NCBI GenBank assembly: GCA_050012795.1
Contig: JBEKGM010000005.1
Location: 21,574-85,573 of the forward strand
Source: Candidatus Bathyarchaeia archaeon
Lineage (GTDB): Archaea; Thermoproteota; Bathyarchaeia; 40CM-2-53-6
Reading direction: 5' to 3'
Length of the DNA stretch: 64,000 nucleotides
Positions 9,390-17,519 of the stretch are shown here, piece after piece (position 1 is the first letter of the stretch; the number at the start of each line of letters is the position of its first letter). The notes under the pieces are model-generated. The model was not told the DNA's origin, made no database searches, and saw only the letters and a program-made list of their open reading frames with translations. Position numbers and translations under genes: made by a program.

Positions 9390-9980
9390 CTACGGGGATT
9401 TTTCCGCGCGGTACTCTAGTGGGTTCGACTTCACGAAGGCTCTGCCCTTCTCGATTGCGAGAGAGTTGAGTGATAGGAGGCTCTCCTTCTTGCCTGCGAG
9501 GAAGTGCTTCAAAGTTTCTTTCGTCACATCGGCGCCAAGGTTGGGTGTGCACAGTTCGAGAAACGCCCCAAACATCACTGCGTTAGCGAACATCTTGGTG
9601 TCGGTCTTCGATAGGTTCTCGTTGCGTAGGCTCTCCGCGATCTCAGTTGCTGGAATGCCGAAGCTTTCTACGTCGTCGCGTTCTGCATGAGTTTGGATTA
9701 GGGTTTGGTTATAGATGATGAGGCCTCTTGGACGTAGGTCGTTTAGGAAATCCATTGAGGGCTGATTCATTATTAGTTCGACGTCGGGTTCTTCAGCGAT
9801 TGGGTTATCGACGACTTGATCAGAGATTATGACGTAGCATTTCGCTTTGCCGCCTCGAGTTTCCGGACCGTACGATGGGACGTACGCTACGTGCTTGCCC
9901 TGGAGCATTGCAGTGTATGCCATGTAGTCGCCTAGGAGCATGATTCCTTGGCCGCCGTGGCCGGCAATTAGAACCTTCAT
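9390..9980 (-). CDS. 2-oxoacid:ferredoxin oxidoreductase gamma subunit
   Basis: MKVLIAGHGGQGIMLLG...YGPETRGG pattern. ATGA overlap with the beta subunit. Confidence 0.9.
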   Translation of the reverse strand: MKVLIAGHGGQGIMLLGDYMAYTAMLQGKHVAYVPSYGPETRGGKAKCYVIISDQVVDNPIAEEPDVELIMNQPSMDFLNDLRPRGLIIYNQTLIQTHAERDDVESFGIPATEIAESLRNENLSKTDTKMFANAVMFGAFLELCTPNLGADVTKETLKHFLAGKKESLLSLNSLAIEKGRAFVKSNPLEYRAEKSP

Positions 9981-10789
9981 TTTGGTGATGGTTTTTCAAC
10001 TCCGTATGTATCCCGGTAGACGCCTAACGGAAACCGTTTGATCACTTGCTCGTTGACGTAACGTTTCGCTTCAAGCACAGACATCTTCCAATTCACTGAA
10101 CATGTGCTCAGTAATTCTACGAAGGCGAATCCGCCTAGGGCCTGCACCTTGAACGCGTTTTCCACGGCTTTTTTTGCGTCAAGTAGATTCTTTATCGTGT
10201 ATACTTTTCCTCTAGGATTGGAGATCTCGCTCACAACTAAGCTAGCTCGTTTGACGTACGCAGCGCCGTCTATCTGCCCGATTAACTTTGACGCGTCAAG
10301 TTCTGTTCCGGTCAATGCGGGATCACGCCCGTATGGTGTGGTTGTCGTGACCTGACCTAGGAGAGTTGTGGGTGCCATCTGGCCGCCGGTCATTCCGTAG
10401 ATGCCGTTGTTTACGGCGAATATTGTTATTGGCGTTCCCCTCTTAGCCGCGTAGATGGTTTCGGCTAATCCGATGGACAGCGCGTCTCCGTCTCCTTGTA
10501 CTGTGAACACGGTCAGTTCTGGTCTTAGTCGCTTGACTCCAGCGGCTACTGCGGGTGCTCTTCCGTGCGCGGCCACGACATGGTCGCAGTTGAAATAGTT
10601 GTATGCTAGCACGCTACAGCCAACGGAATCTATCATTACAGTCTTCTCCCGTATGTCAAGGTCGTCCATGGCTGCCGCGATGAGTTTTGTGAGTGTCCCA
10701 TGTTCACACCCGGCACAGTAGTGAGTAGGGTTCTCAGTAAGTGACTTGATTTTTCCAACTTTCACTTTCAGAACAGACTGCTCGGTCAT
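9977..10789 (-). CDS. 2-oxoacid:ferredoxin oxidoreductase beta subunit (ThDP-binding)
   Basis: CAGCEHG N-terminal Cys motif and the GDGD ThDP motif. ATGA overlaps on both sides. Confidence 0.9.
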   Translation of the reverse strand: MTEQSVLKVKVGKIKSLTENPTHYCAGCEHGTLTKLIAAAMDDLDIREKTVMIDSVGCSVLAYNYFNCDHVVAAHGRAPAVAAGVKRLRPELTVFTVQGDGDALSIGLAETIYAAKRGTPITIFAVNNGIYGMTGGQMAPTTLLGQVTTTTPYGRDPALTGTELDASKLIGQIDGAAYVKRASLVVSEISNPRGKVYTIKNLLDAKKAVENAFKVQALGGFAFVELLSTCSVNWKMSVLEAKRYVNEQVIKRFPLGVYRDTYGVEKPSPK

Positions 10790-11862
10790 ACGGCAGCTAC
10801 CTCCAGCCTATGGACTTCGCGTTCTATTTCCCGCTCCGTGGGTATGATTCCTCCCCATCTTCCGAGGAAATCAATTGTCACTCCACTACCGACTGCAAGC
10901 CTCACGTCCTCAATCATTTGGCCCGTGTTTAACTCAACGTCGAGAAACCGTTTTCCTTCAGAACTCAGCTTCTGGAGAGCGCGTGATGGGAAGGGCCAGA
11001 GCGTGATTGGTCTGAATAATCCGACTCGGATTCCTTTTTTGCGTAGGGTGTTAACGACGCTTCTAGCAATTCTTGAGACGATTCCGAAGGCGATGATTAC
11101 AACTTCAGCATCTTCAGTGAGATACTCTTCGTAAAGTACCTCTTTCTCTTCTGCCGTTTTATACTTCTTGAAGATCCGGCCAATGTGTTCGTAGTGTTTT
11201 TCATAATCGAGCTCCATGGAGTTTAAAATGTGAGGGCCTCTGCCTTTCGAGTTGCCGACTGCCCATGATGAAACATCATAGTCCTGTGTCTCCCATGTGG
11301 GGAACTCAACGTCCTCTTTCAGCTGGCCGGTGAACGCGTCCCCTAATATGAGGACTGGATTTCGATACTTGAAGGCAAGGTCGAATCCAACTTTTGGAAG
11401 CGTGGCCATCTCTTGTACTGAGGCTGGAGCCAGTACGAATAATCGGTAATTCCCGTGTCCGCCGCCTTTTGTTGCTTGGAAATAGTCGCTTTGTTCAGGT
11501 CCGAGGTTGCCTAATCCTGGTCCCGCGCGACAAATGTCGACGATTAGGAATGGTAGCTCCATGCCGGCTGCGTACGAGAGGCCTTCCTGTTTCAGGCTGA
11601 AGCCGGGACCTGATGTTGCCGTCATAGTGAGGGCTCCGGTTGATGCTGCACCCAGAACCATGCTGATTGCTTCTAGTTCGCTTGATGATTGAATGAAGCA
11701 TTTGTACTTAGGATACTTCTTGTTACCGAACTCTCGGGCGAGGGTTTCCGGGATCTCGCTTGACGGGGTTATCGGGTACGCGAAATACGCGTTCAGTCCG
11801 GATTCTAATGCTCCGTACGCAAGCGCTTCGTTGCCTTTCATGTAGACTTTCTGATTGGGCAT
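10786..11862 (-). CDS. 2-oxoacid:ferredoxin oxidoreductase alpha subunit
   Basis: MKGNEALAYGALESGLNAYFAYPITPSSEI, a typical alpha-subunit N-terminus. Confidence 0.9.
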   Translation of the reverse strand: MPNQKVYMKGNEALAYGALESGLNAYFAYPITPSSEIPETLAREFGNKKYPKYKCFIQSSSELEAISMVLGAASTGALTMTATSGPGFSLKQEGLSYAAGMELPFLIVDICRAGPGLGNLGPEQSDYFQATKGGGHGNYRLFVLAPASVQEMATLPKVGFDLAFKYRNPVLILGDAFTGQLKEDVEFPTWETQDYDVSSWAVGNSKGRGPHILNSMELDYEKHYEHIGRIFKKYKTAEEKEVLYEEYLTEDAEVVIIAFGIVSRIARSVVNTLRKKGIRVGLFRPITLWPFPSRALQKLSSEGKRFLDVELNTGQMIEDVRLAVGSGVTIDFLGRWGGIIPTEREIEREVHRLEVAAV

Positions 11863-12111
11863 CTATGTTTTCGCCTGAACCTCCTGGATGGCATAATCTG
11901 GGCAAACCCAGTAGCAGATTGCGCAGCCTGTACAGGTTCCCTTGGTTCCCTGATACGTGAACTCTACTGGATGGAACCCGGCATGATTCAGTCTAGTCGA
12001 AAACTTCAGATTCCCTGATGGACATGACACAATGCACAACTCGCAACCTTTGCAGCGCTCCTCGAGAATTTTCACGTTGGCTCGTGGCCCTATCGTGGCT
12101 GTCTCGGTCAA
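11863..12111 (-). CDS. 2-oxoacid:ferredoxin oxidoreductase delta subunit (2x[4Fe-4S] ferredoxin)
   Basis: CKGCELCIVSCP and CTGCAICYWVCP motifs. The TTG start overlaps the upstream stop (TTGA). The delta-alpha-beta-gamma order resembles Kor/OorDABC-type clusters. Confidence 0.9.
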   Translation of the reverse strand: MTETATIGPRANVKILEERCKGCELCIVSCPSGNLKFSTRLNHAGFHPVEFTYQGTKGTCTGCAICYWVCPDYAIQEVQAKT

Positions 12112-12560
12112 GCTGCTATCTTCTCCTTCTCGTCCACGAAATTTTCCAGAACGTATCGAAGCATAGCGTAGTGCCGCTCTTCGTCTAATGCGAGCATTGT
12201 GAAGAGTGACTTTAGATGAAGATCAGTTACCTGAGTCGAGGCTCTCGTAAAGAACCGTAATGCTTCCTCTTCTAAGTTCATTAATCGTAGAAGCTCCTCG
12301 CGGCTCTCTTTCACGGGGGCTGATTCCCATTCACTCTTGGTCATGTAGGTTATTGCGGAGTTTAGGACATCGGCGTGGTGCATTGAATCTCTCATGAGTT
12401 TGGCGTACACAAGTTTCACGAAGCTGTGATCCGTCTCTCGCACCTTACGAGCGTAGACCTCAGTCTCCAGCTCTTCGTGGCGCATTTGCTCCTTTAACAT
12501 TGCCAGTAACTCATCTTTTCTCATACGCCGACATGAAAACCCCAGATGGTAATTACTCAT
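12108..12560 (-). CDS. ferritin-like / rubrerythrin-like four-helix-bundle protein (uncharacterised)
   Basis: 150 aa, helical, with paired acidic/His motifs (EELETEVY, MRDSMHHADVL, LEEEALRFF, LDEERHYAML). Translationally coupled to the OFOR delta subunit. Confidence 0.55.
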   Translation of the reverse strand: MSNYHLGFSCRRMRKDELLAMLKEQMRHEELETEVYARKVRETDHSFVKLVYAKLMRDSMHHADVLNSAITYMTKSEWESAPVKESREELLRLMNLEEEALRFFTRASTQVTDLHLKSLFTMLALDEERHYAMLRYVLENFVDEKEKIAA

Positions 12561-12608
12561 AGGATTGCTGTAGATATTCTATGTACTCTACTGTTTTTAA
12601 TTACACAC

Positions 12609-13385
12609 CTATTGCGGGATTGGCACAGCATTCGCGACGGCCATGTCCATGTAAGTGTACTTCCTGAGATCCGCAACCTGTTTTAGAGTTAACCTCGAAC
12701 ATGCAAACCCCCAATGGAATGAGATCCAGTCGCCAGGCTTCAAATTGTTCATGAAGCTTCGGCCGTTGACTCGTGAGATTACTCTTGCATGGGCGGGTTG
12801 GCCGAAGGATAGAAGCCCATCTCTTCTCTGAATGGGTTCGTATTCAACCGTCAAATTGCCATCCTTATCCGAGGAGAGAACGTTTCCCCAGGATATTCGA
12901 CACTTATCCATCAACTCTCCAACCTGATCATCACGTCCCGCAGCATTCGCAAATGCGTCCGGTACAGTACCCATGGTTGAGAACGCGTTGAAGACATGGA
13001 GCGCGTGATGCGGAAATGTTGCGAACGGCCTTGATTCGAATAACCTCTTGATATGTTCCTTAGGGAATTTTCGCTCCAATCTTTCTCTAAGGTGTTCGTA
13101 GAATCCAGCCCGAGGAATCTTATCGAGTAGGTCATTGCCGATCCAGTAGGCCTCTACAACTCGATAATCGAAAGTCTCTAAGCCCAGGCTTTGGGCGATG
13201 AATCTCAAGTATGGTTGAGCACCTTTGAATGCTTCGAGCGCTTTGAGAAGCTCCTTGCTTCGCTTGTTCGTTAGGCAAGCCTCAAGCAGGACTTCGTTTT
13301 CGTCAGGGCCACAATATCCGAGACGGTTCGGCATGAAACTGTGCCGGGCAGCTAGGACGGCTCCGTCGTCCTTTCCTGAACTCAC
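12609..13385 (-). CDS. conserved hypothetical protein (258 aa), immediately downstream of hypC
   Basis: Long ORF whose GTG start lies 1 nt after the hypC stop. Notable motifs are LGYCGPDEN, FPHHALHVFNAF and SFHWGFACS. It has no HypD motifs (no GPGCPVC). Confidence 0.7.
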   Translation of the reverse strand: MSSGKDDGAVLAARHSFMPNRLGYCGPDENEVLLEACLTNKRSKELLKALEAFKGAQPYLRFIAQSLGLETFDYRVVEAYWIGNDLLDKIPRAGFYEHLRERLERKFPKEHIKRLFESRPFATFPHHALHVFNAFSTMGTVPDAFANAAGRDDQVGELMDKCRISWGNVLSSDKDGNLTVEYEPIQRRDGLLSFGQPAHARVISRVNGRSFMNNLKPGDWISFHWGFACSRLTLKQVADLRKYTYMDMAVANAVPIPQ

Positions 13386-13386
13386 T

Positions 13387-13629
13387 TCAGAACATTCCTT
13401 CTGATGTTCCGAACTCCGTCCCTATTATTCTCAGCGCGTCGATTACTTCCTGTGCTTCAGATTCTTTGAGTATTTTAATAGCGAAGCCCCCTTGCACGAG
13501 CACGAAGTCTCCGACTTTTCCCTGAATTAAGCTGTTGTTAACGTTCTCTCGAATTCCTTGATCGCCATAGTCAACTGATACGAACTTACCGTTGACTGCA
13601 ATTATCTTGCCCGGGATTGAGAGGCACAT
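13387..13629 (-). CDS. hypC: hydrogenase maturation chaperone HypC/HupF family
   Basis: MCLSIPGKII... with the essential Cys at position 2 when started at ATG 13629. About 80 aa with an OB-fold-like pattern (DFVLVQGGFAI). Confidence 0.85.
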   Translation of the reverse strand: MCLSIPGKIIAVNGKFVSVDYGDQGIRENVNNSLIQGKVGDFVLVQGGFAIKILKESEAQEVIDALRIIGTEFGTSEGMF

Positions 13630-13765
13630 TTTCGTCATCACCCACCTGAATATCCGGCGCCTATATGTTTGTGAAACAATTCCCAGTTCTGGAATAATAT
13701 TGTAGCTTGTGGAGGTTGGAGAAGAGGTTCATTACGTTGAAGGATTTACAGGAAGCTGACGGGTA

Positions 13766-14449
13766 ATGGCAAAACGGACAGAGATCGTTACTTCTTCGGA
13801 GGATGAAGTGTTCGATATCGAATTAGAAGCGGACATCCTGAAGGCGAATAGGCAGTTAGCTCTGGAAAATCATGCTAAGCTGAAGGAGAACGATATCACT
13901 GCGATAGATGTAATGGGATCGGTGGGTTCAGGAAAAACATCCCTGATCAAAGCCATCGTTTCCCTCCTTAAGGCGACTCATCGAATAGCCGTGATTGAAG
14001 GCGATGTTACAACAACGATCGATGCAGACATCATCGCCTCAGAAGGTGTTCCTACGGTGCAAGTGAACACGGGTAAAGAATGCCATCTTGATGCTAACCT
14101 CATAAAGAAAGCACTCGCGCGGATGCAATTGTCCAAATTGGATCTAATCTTCATCGAGAATGTCGGTAACCTAATTTGCCCGGCAGAGTTCCCACTCGGG
14201 TCGGATAAGAGACTCGTTGTGATCAGCGTCACTGAAGGCCCATACATGGTTGTCAAGCATCCGATGATGTTCCATGAGGCGAATTCCGTGGCGATAAACA
14301 AGGTTGATTTGGCCGATGCAATGGGAGTTGATCCCTCTAACCTGAAGGGGGATATCTCTAGGCTAAACCCTAAAGCGACGGTCGTGTCCACTGACTGCAG
14401 ACACATGGTGGGTATCCGGGAAGTGATTCGCAGCCTGGGGTTAGCGTAA
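13766..14449 (+). CDS. hypB: hydrogenase nickel-incorporation GTPase HypB
   Basis: GSVGSGKTSLI P-loop, ENVGNLICPAEF metal/switch motif and NKVDL. Confidence 0.9.
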   Translation: MAKRTEIVTSSEDEVFDIELEADILKANRQLALENHAKLKENDITAIDVMGSVGSGKTSLIKAIVSLLKATHRIAVIEGDVTTTIDADIIASEGVPTVQVNTGKECHLDANLIKKALARMQLSKLDLIFIENVGNLICPAEFPLGSDKRLVVISVTEGPYMVVKHPMMFHEANSVAINKVDLADAMGVDPSNLKGDISRLNPKATVVSTDCRHMVGIREVIRSLGLA

Positions 14450-14468
14450 AGTCTAGAGATGGAGACGG

Positions 14469-14852
14469 ATGCATGAGTTCTCTATAGCAACCTCACTAGT
14501 CGACACGCTCCTAGAATTTGCCCAGAAAAATCAAGCGCAGGGCAAGCTGCTGGAGGTCCACCTAAAAATAGGTAAACTACGAGCAATCTCAATCGAACAG
14601 TTGAAGTTCTCATACCGAGTCCTGGCAAAAGACCAGTTCCTTAGCGGGTCCCGATTGATAGTCGAAGAGACTCCAGCCCTACTCCATTGCCCCAAATGTG
14701 GCTTCAGTAAGAATTTTGAGGTTGCAGATGACTCATACCACTTTGCACTTCCAAGCCTATCCTGCCCAAAATGTGGAGCGACCGTAGATCTCGAAGGCGG
14801 AGACGAGGTTGTGATTACCAAGGTCCGCATTAAGGCTCCCTCAAAGAAATGA
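14469..14852 (+). CDS. hypA: hydrogenase nickel-insertion protein HypA
   Basis: MHEFSIA N-terminal Ni site and two CPKCG zinc motifs. Confidence 0.9.
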   Translation: MHEFSIATSLVDTLLEFAQKNQAQGKLLEVHLKIGKLRAISIEQLKFSYRVLAKDQFLSGSRLIVEETPALLHCPKCGFSKNFEVADDSYHFALPSLSCPKCGATVDLEGGDEVVITKVRIKAPSKK

Positions 14853-14953
14853 CTGCAGCCATCAAAAGATCGATTTTCTATATAGAGTCACGTCGCAATA
14901 TATAACAGGGTTGAATCCGCACAATTACGTAAACCGGCACCGAGGAAAATAGA

Positions 14954-16048
14954 TTGGAGATCAGAAAAGTCCAACGCGTTGGACATTCCACGCTTACCGT
15001 CTCTCTTCCCAGCGACTGGGTTAGACAAGTGGGGCTTAAACAAGGAGGAGTAGTGACGCTTCGACTTTCCGAATTTGGAGAGTTGATCGTGACTCCTGGG
15101 AGTGAGCTTGAAGGAGAGGAGACTACAATTTGCAAGATCAACGCAGATGCCTGTAAGGATGGAACGGCGCTCGGGCGAATCATCACGGGGAACTATATTC
15201 TTGGTCGAGATACGATTATTGTCTCCTCCGAAGAGGGATTGACGGCGGAACAGACAACTGAGATCCGTGACTCAACCCATAGGCTGAGCGGGTTAGGTAT
15301 TGTTGATCAATCACAGAACGAGACGATTATTCAGTGTTTTCTTGACCCATCCAAGTTCTCTATCACCAGTCTCTTGTCCCGATTGTATAAGGTAGTGGTG
15401 TCGATGCTTGAGACTTCGATGCAGGCCCTAATGGATCAGAAATTCTCACTCGCGTTACAAGTGTTGGAGCTTGAAGGTGAAGCCGATAGACTATACTGGT
15501 TGATCCTGCGTCAAATCTTCCGTGCAATATCTAAGATACCACTGTCGCGTCACGCCGGTATTGAATCCGCCACAAACGCTGTTGGTTACCGAGCAGTGTC
15601 AAAATACCTCGAGGAGATAGCTGATTGCAGCGAATCAATAGCTAATCAAATTCTTAGCATAGCTGACGAAAACCAAACCCAATCCACCGCCATCATTAAC
15701 GAAATCTGCAAGACGGGAACAGAGGCGCTGGAGATCTGTAAAGGAGCCATGGATTCACTCTTCATGTTGGACAATGACCTTGCCAATCGAATCATCGCGA
15801 AGTGTGAGCGGTTTGAAAAGCTTGAAAGGGATTTAACAGAACAAGTCGTTTCTTCAGTTCCGAATCGTAAGACAGCTGTTGCGCTCAGAGGCGTAGTTTG
15901 GAATCTTACTGAAATCTCCCGATCAGCTAAGATGATCTGTGAAGTCGCCATCAACCGGTATCTGGAAGACAACACCGAGGTCTGCCGCTTCTGGAAGGAG
16001 CGGAAGAGCGGGGGAGAAATCCAATACCTAAAGAAACTAGTAGTCTGA
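14954..16048 (+). CDS. AbrB/SpoVT-domain plus PhoU-like-domain regulator, paralog 2
   Basis: MEIRKVQRVGHSTLTVSLPSDWV... collinear with the ORF at 6351-7415. By eye about 40% of positions are identical. Confidence 0.8.
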   Translation: MEIRKVQRVGHSTLTVSLPSDWVRQVGLKQGGVVTLRLSEFGELIVTPGSELEGEETTICKINADACKDGTALGRIITGNYILGRDTIIVSSEEGLTAEQTTEIRDSTHRLSGLGIVDQSQNETIIQCFLDPSKFSITSLLSRLYKVVVSMLETSMQALMDQKFSLALQVLELEGEADRLYWLILRQIFRAISKIPLSRHAGIESATNAVGYRAVSKYLEEIADCSESIANQILSIADENQTQSTAIINEICKTGTEALEICKGAMDSLFMLDNDLANRIIAKCERFEKLERDLTEQVVSSVPNRKTAVALRGVVWNLTEISRSAKMICEVAINRYLEDNTEVCRFWKERKSGGEIQYLKKLVV

Positions 16049-17493
16049 GACCTTTTTTTGAGCCGAAATCACTCGCAATCGTAGGCGCCTCAGAGACCCG
16101 GAATAGGATAGGTTACGTTCTAGCAGAGATTATGCTTGCAAACAGGCGACGAGGCATCTTCAAAGGCGAAGTGTACCTCGTTAACCCAAAGCACAAGGAG
16201 ATACTTGGCGAGAAGTGTTATCCGAGGGTCTCCGACCTTCCAAGAATTGCAGAAACAGTACTGGTCGCCATACCGTCGATTCACGTTCCGGAAGCGATAG
16301 ACGACGCTGGTCAGTCAGGTACAGTTGCCGGAATAGTCATATCGTCAGGATTCGCAGAAATCGGAAACATCGCGCTTGAGAAGCGACTAGTCGATTCCGC
16401 CTCAAAGTATAAGCTGCGAATTCTAGGACCAAACTGCCTAGGTGTCTACGATCCATATACCGGAATGGACACCCTGTTCCTCCCTGAAACGAAGCTATTA
16501 TCGGATGGCAGGGAAGTAATCGCGACACCCAGACCAAGGCGTGGATCAGTTTCGTTACTCACCCAGAGTGGCGCATTTGGGTGTGCAGCGCTCGACTATA
16601 TGGCTGGCCCCCACGGGATCGGAATAAGAAGATTTGTCAGCTACGGGAACAGGTGTGACGTGACCGAGAGCGAATTGCTTGAATACTTTGCAAACGATCC
16701 CAAGACTAAGGTCATTCTAACCTACCTGGAAGGATTAGCTAATGGCCGCGAATTCACGGAGAAAGCGAAAGAGATTACGAGAAAGAAACCAGTCGTAGCC
16801 CTGAAGGCGGGTAGATCAGAAGCAGGAAAGAGAGCCGCGGCATCTCACACAGCGGCATTAGCGGGCTCGGACCAAATCTATCAAGGAGCCTTCAGAGAAG
16901 CGGGCATCATAAGAGCTCAGAACGTTGAAGAATTCTTCGACTTCGCTCGTGCATTAGCGATGCAACCCCCAGGGCTCACAAACAATGTCGCAGTCGTGAC
17001 CAACGCGGGTGGTCCAGGAATTATTGCAACAGACGCACTAGAAGGTTCAGGACTAGAAGTTCGGAAATTCCCCAAACGGATAATGTCTAAGTTCTCCGAC
17101 CTCAAAGCTGACAAGAGACTGTTGCCGGTTCTCTCGGGCGCAAATCCGATTGACTTAACTGCAGAAGCAACCAGTCAAATGTTCGCACTGACCTTGTCCA
17201 TTCTGCTGGACGATCCGAGCATAGGAGGAATTGTTCTCATTGCATTGCACCATGCGCCAACTATTCTTGATGACGCTGTAGGAATGATAGCGGAGACCAT
17301 AGGGAAACGTACGAAACCTGTGACTGTTTGCGACATGGGGGAGACAGAAATGGCTGAGACCATGAGAACAATGTTCGAGAAGCGTGGAATCCCGTCATTT
17401 TCTATGCCCGAGCGTGCAGCGCGCGCGCTCTGGGCGCTCATTTACTACGGAAGATATTTGAGAGCTCACAATGTTACTGGTAGAAGAGGATAG
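16045..17493 (+). CDS. acdA: acetyl-CoA synthetase (ADP-forming) alpha subunit / CoA-binding NDP-forming acyl-CoA synthetase; start unresolved
   Basis: The track ORF starts at 16132. The same frame upstream encodes PFFEPKSLAIVGASETRNRIGYVLAEI, the CoA-binding Rossmann N-terminus. The catalytic-His region is AASHTAALAGSD. The only plausible initiator nearby is CTG at 16045, which overlaps the upstream TGA. Confidence 0.85.
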   Translation: MRPFFEPKSLAIVGASETRNRIGYVLAEIMLANRRRGIFKGEVYLVNPKHKEILGEKCYPRVSDLPRIAETVLVAIPSIHVPEAIDDAGQSGTVAGIVISSGFAEIGNIALEKRLVDSASKYKLRILGPNCLGVYDPYTGMDTLFLPETKLLSDGREVIATPRPRRGSVSLLTQSGAFGCAALDYMAGPHGIGIRRFVSYGNRCDVTESELLEYFANDPKTKVILTYLEGLANGREFTEKAKEITRKKPVVALKAGRSEAGKRAAASHTAALAGSDQIYQGAFREAGIIRAQNVEEFFDFARALAMQPPGLTNNVAVVTNAGGPGIIATDALEGSGLEVRKFPKRIMSKFSDLKADKRLLPVLSGANPIDLTAEATSQMFALTLSILLDDPSIGGIVLIALHHAPTILDDAVGMIAETIGKRTKPVTVCDMGETEMAETMRTMFEKRGIPSFSMPERAARALWALIYYGRYLRAHNVTGRRG

Positions 17494-17519
17494 GACGCCC
17501 CTTATCGAACAGGTCAACT

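Noticed and set aside
8938-9552. 204-aa minus-strand ORF
   Set aside because: It has an Arg/Ser/Pro-rich, low-complexity look and overlaps the 3' end of the OFOR gamma gene. The plus-strand 140-aa Cys-rich ORF is the more plausible, though still uncertain, occupant.
16053-16059. T7 homopolymer as a frameshift explanation for the missing acdA start
   Set aside because: Neither alternative upstream frame contains a start between its stop and the T-run, so an indel here does not rescue a canonical start. The run may simply act as an oligo-T terminator element for the upstream gene.
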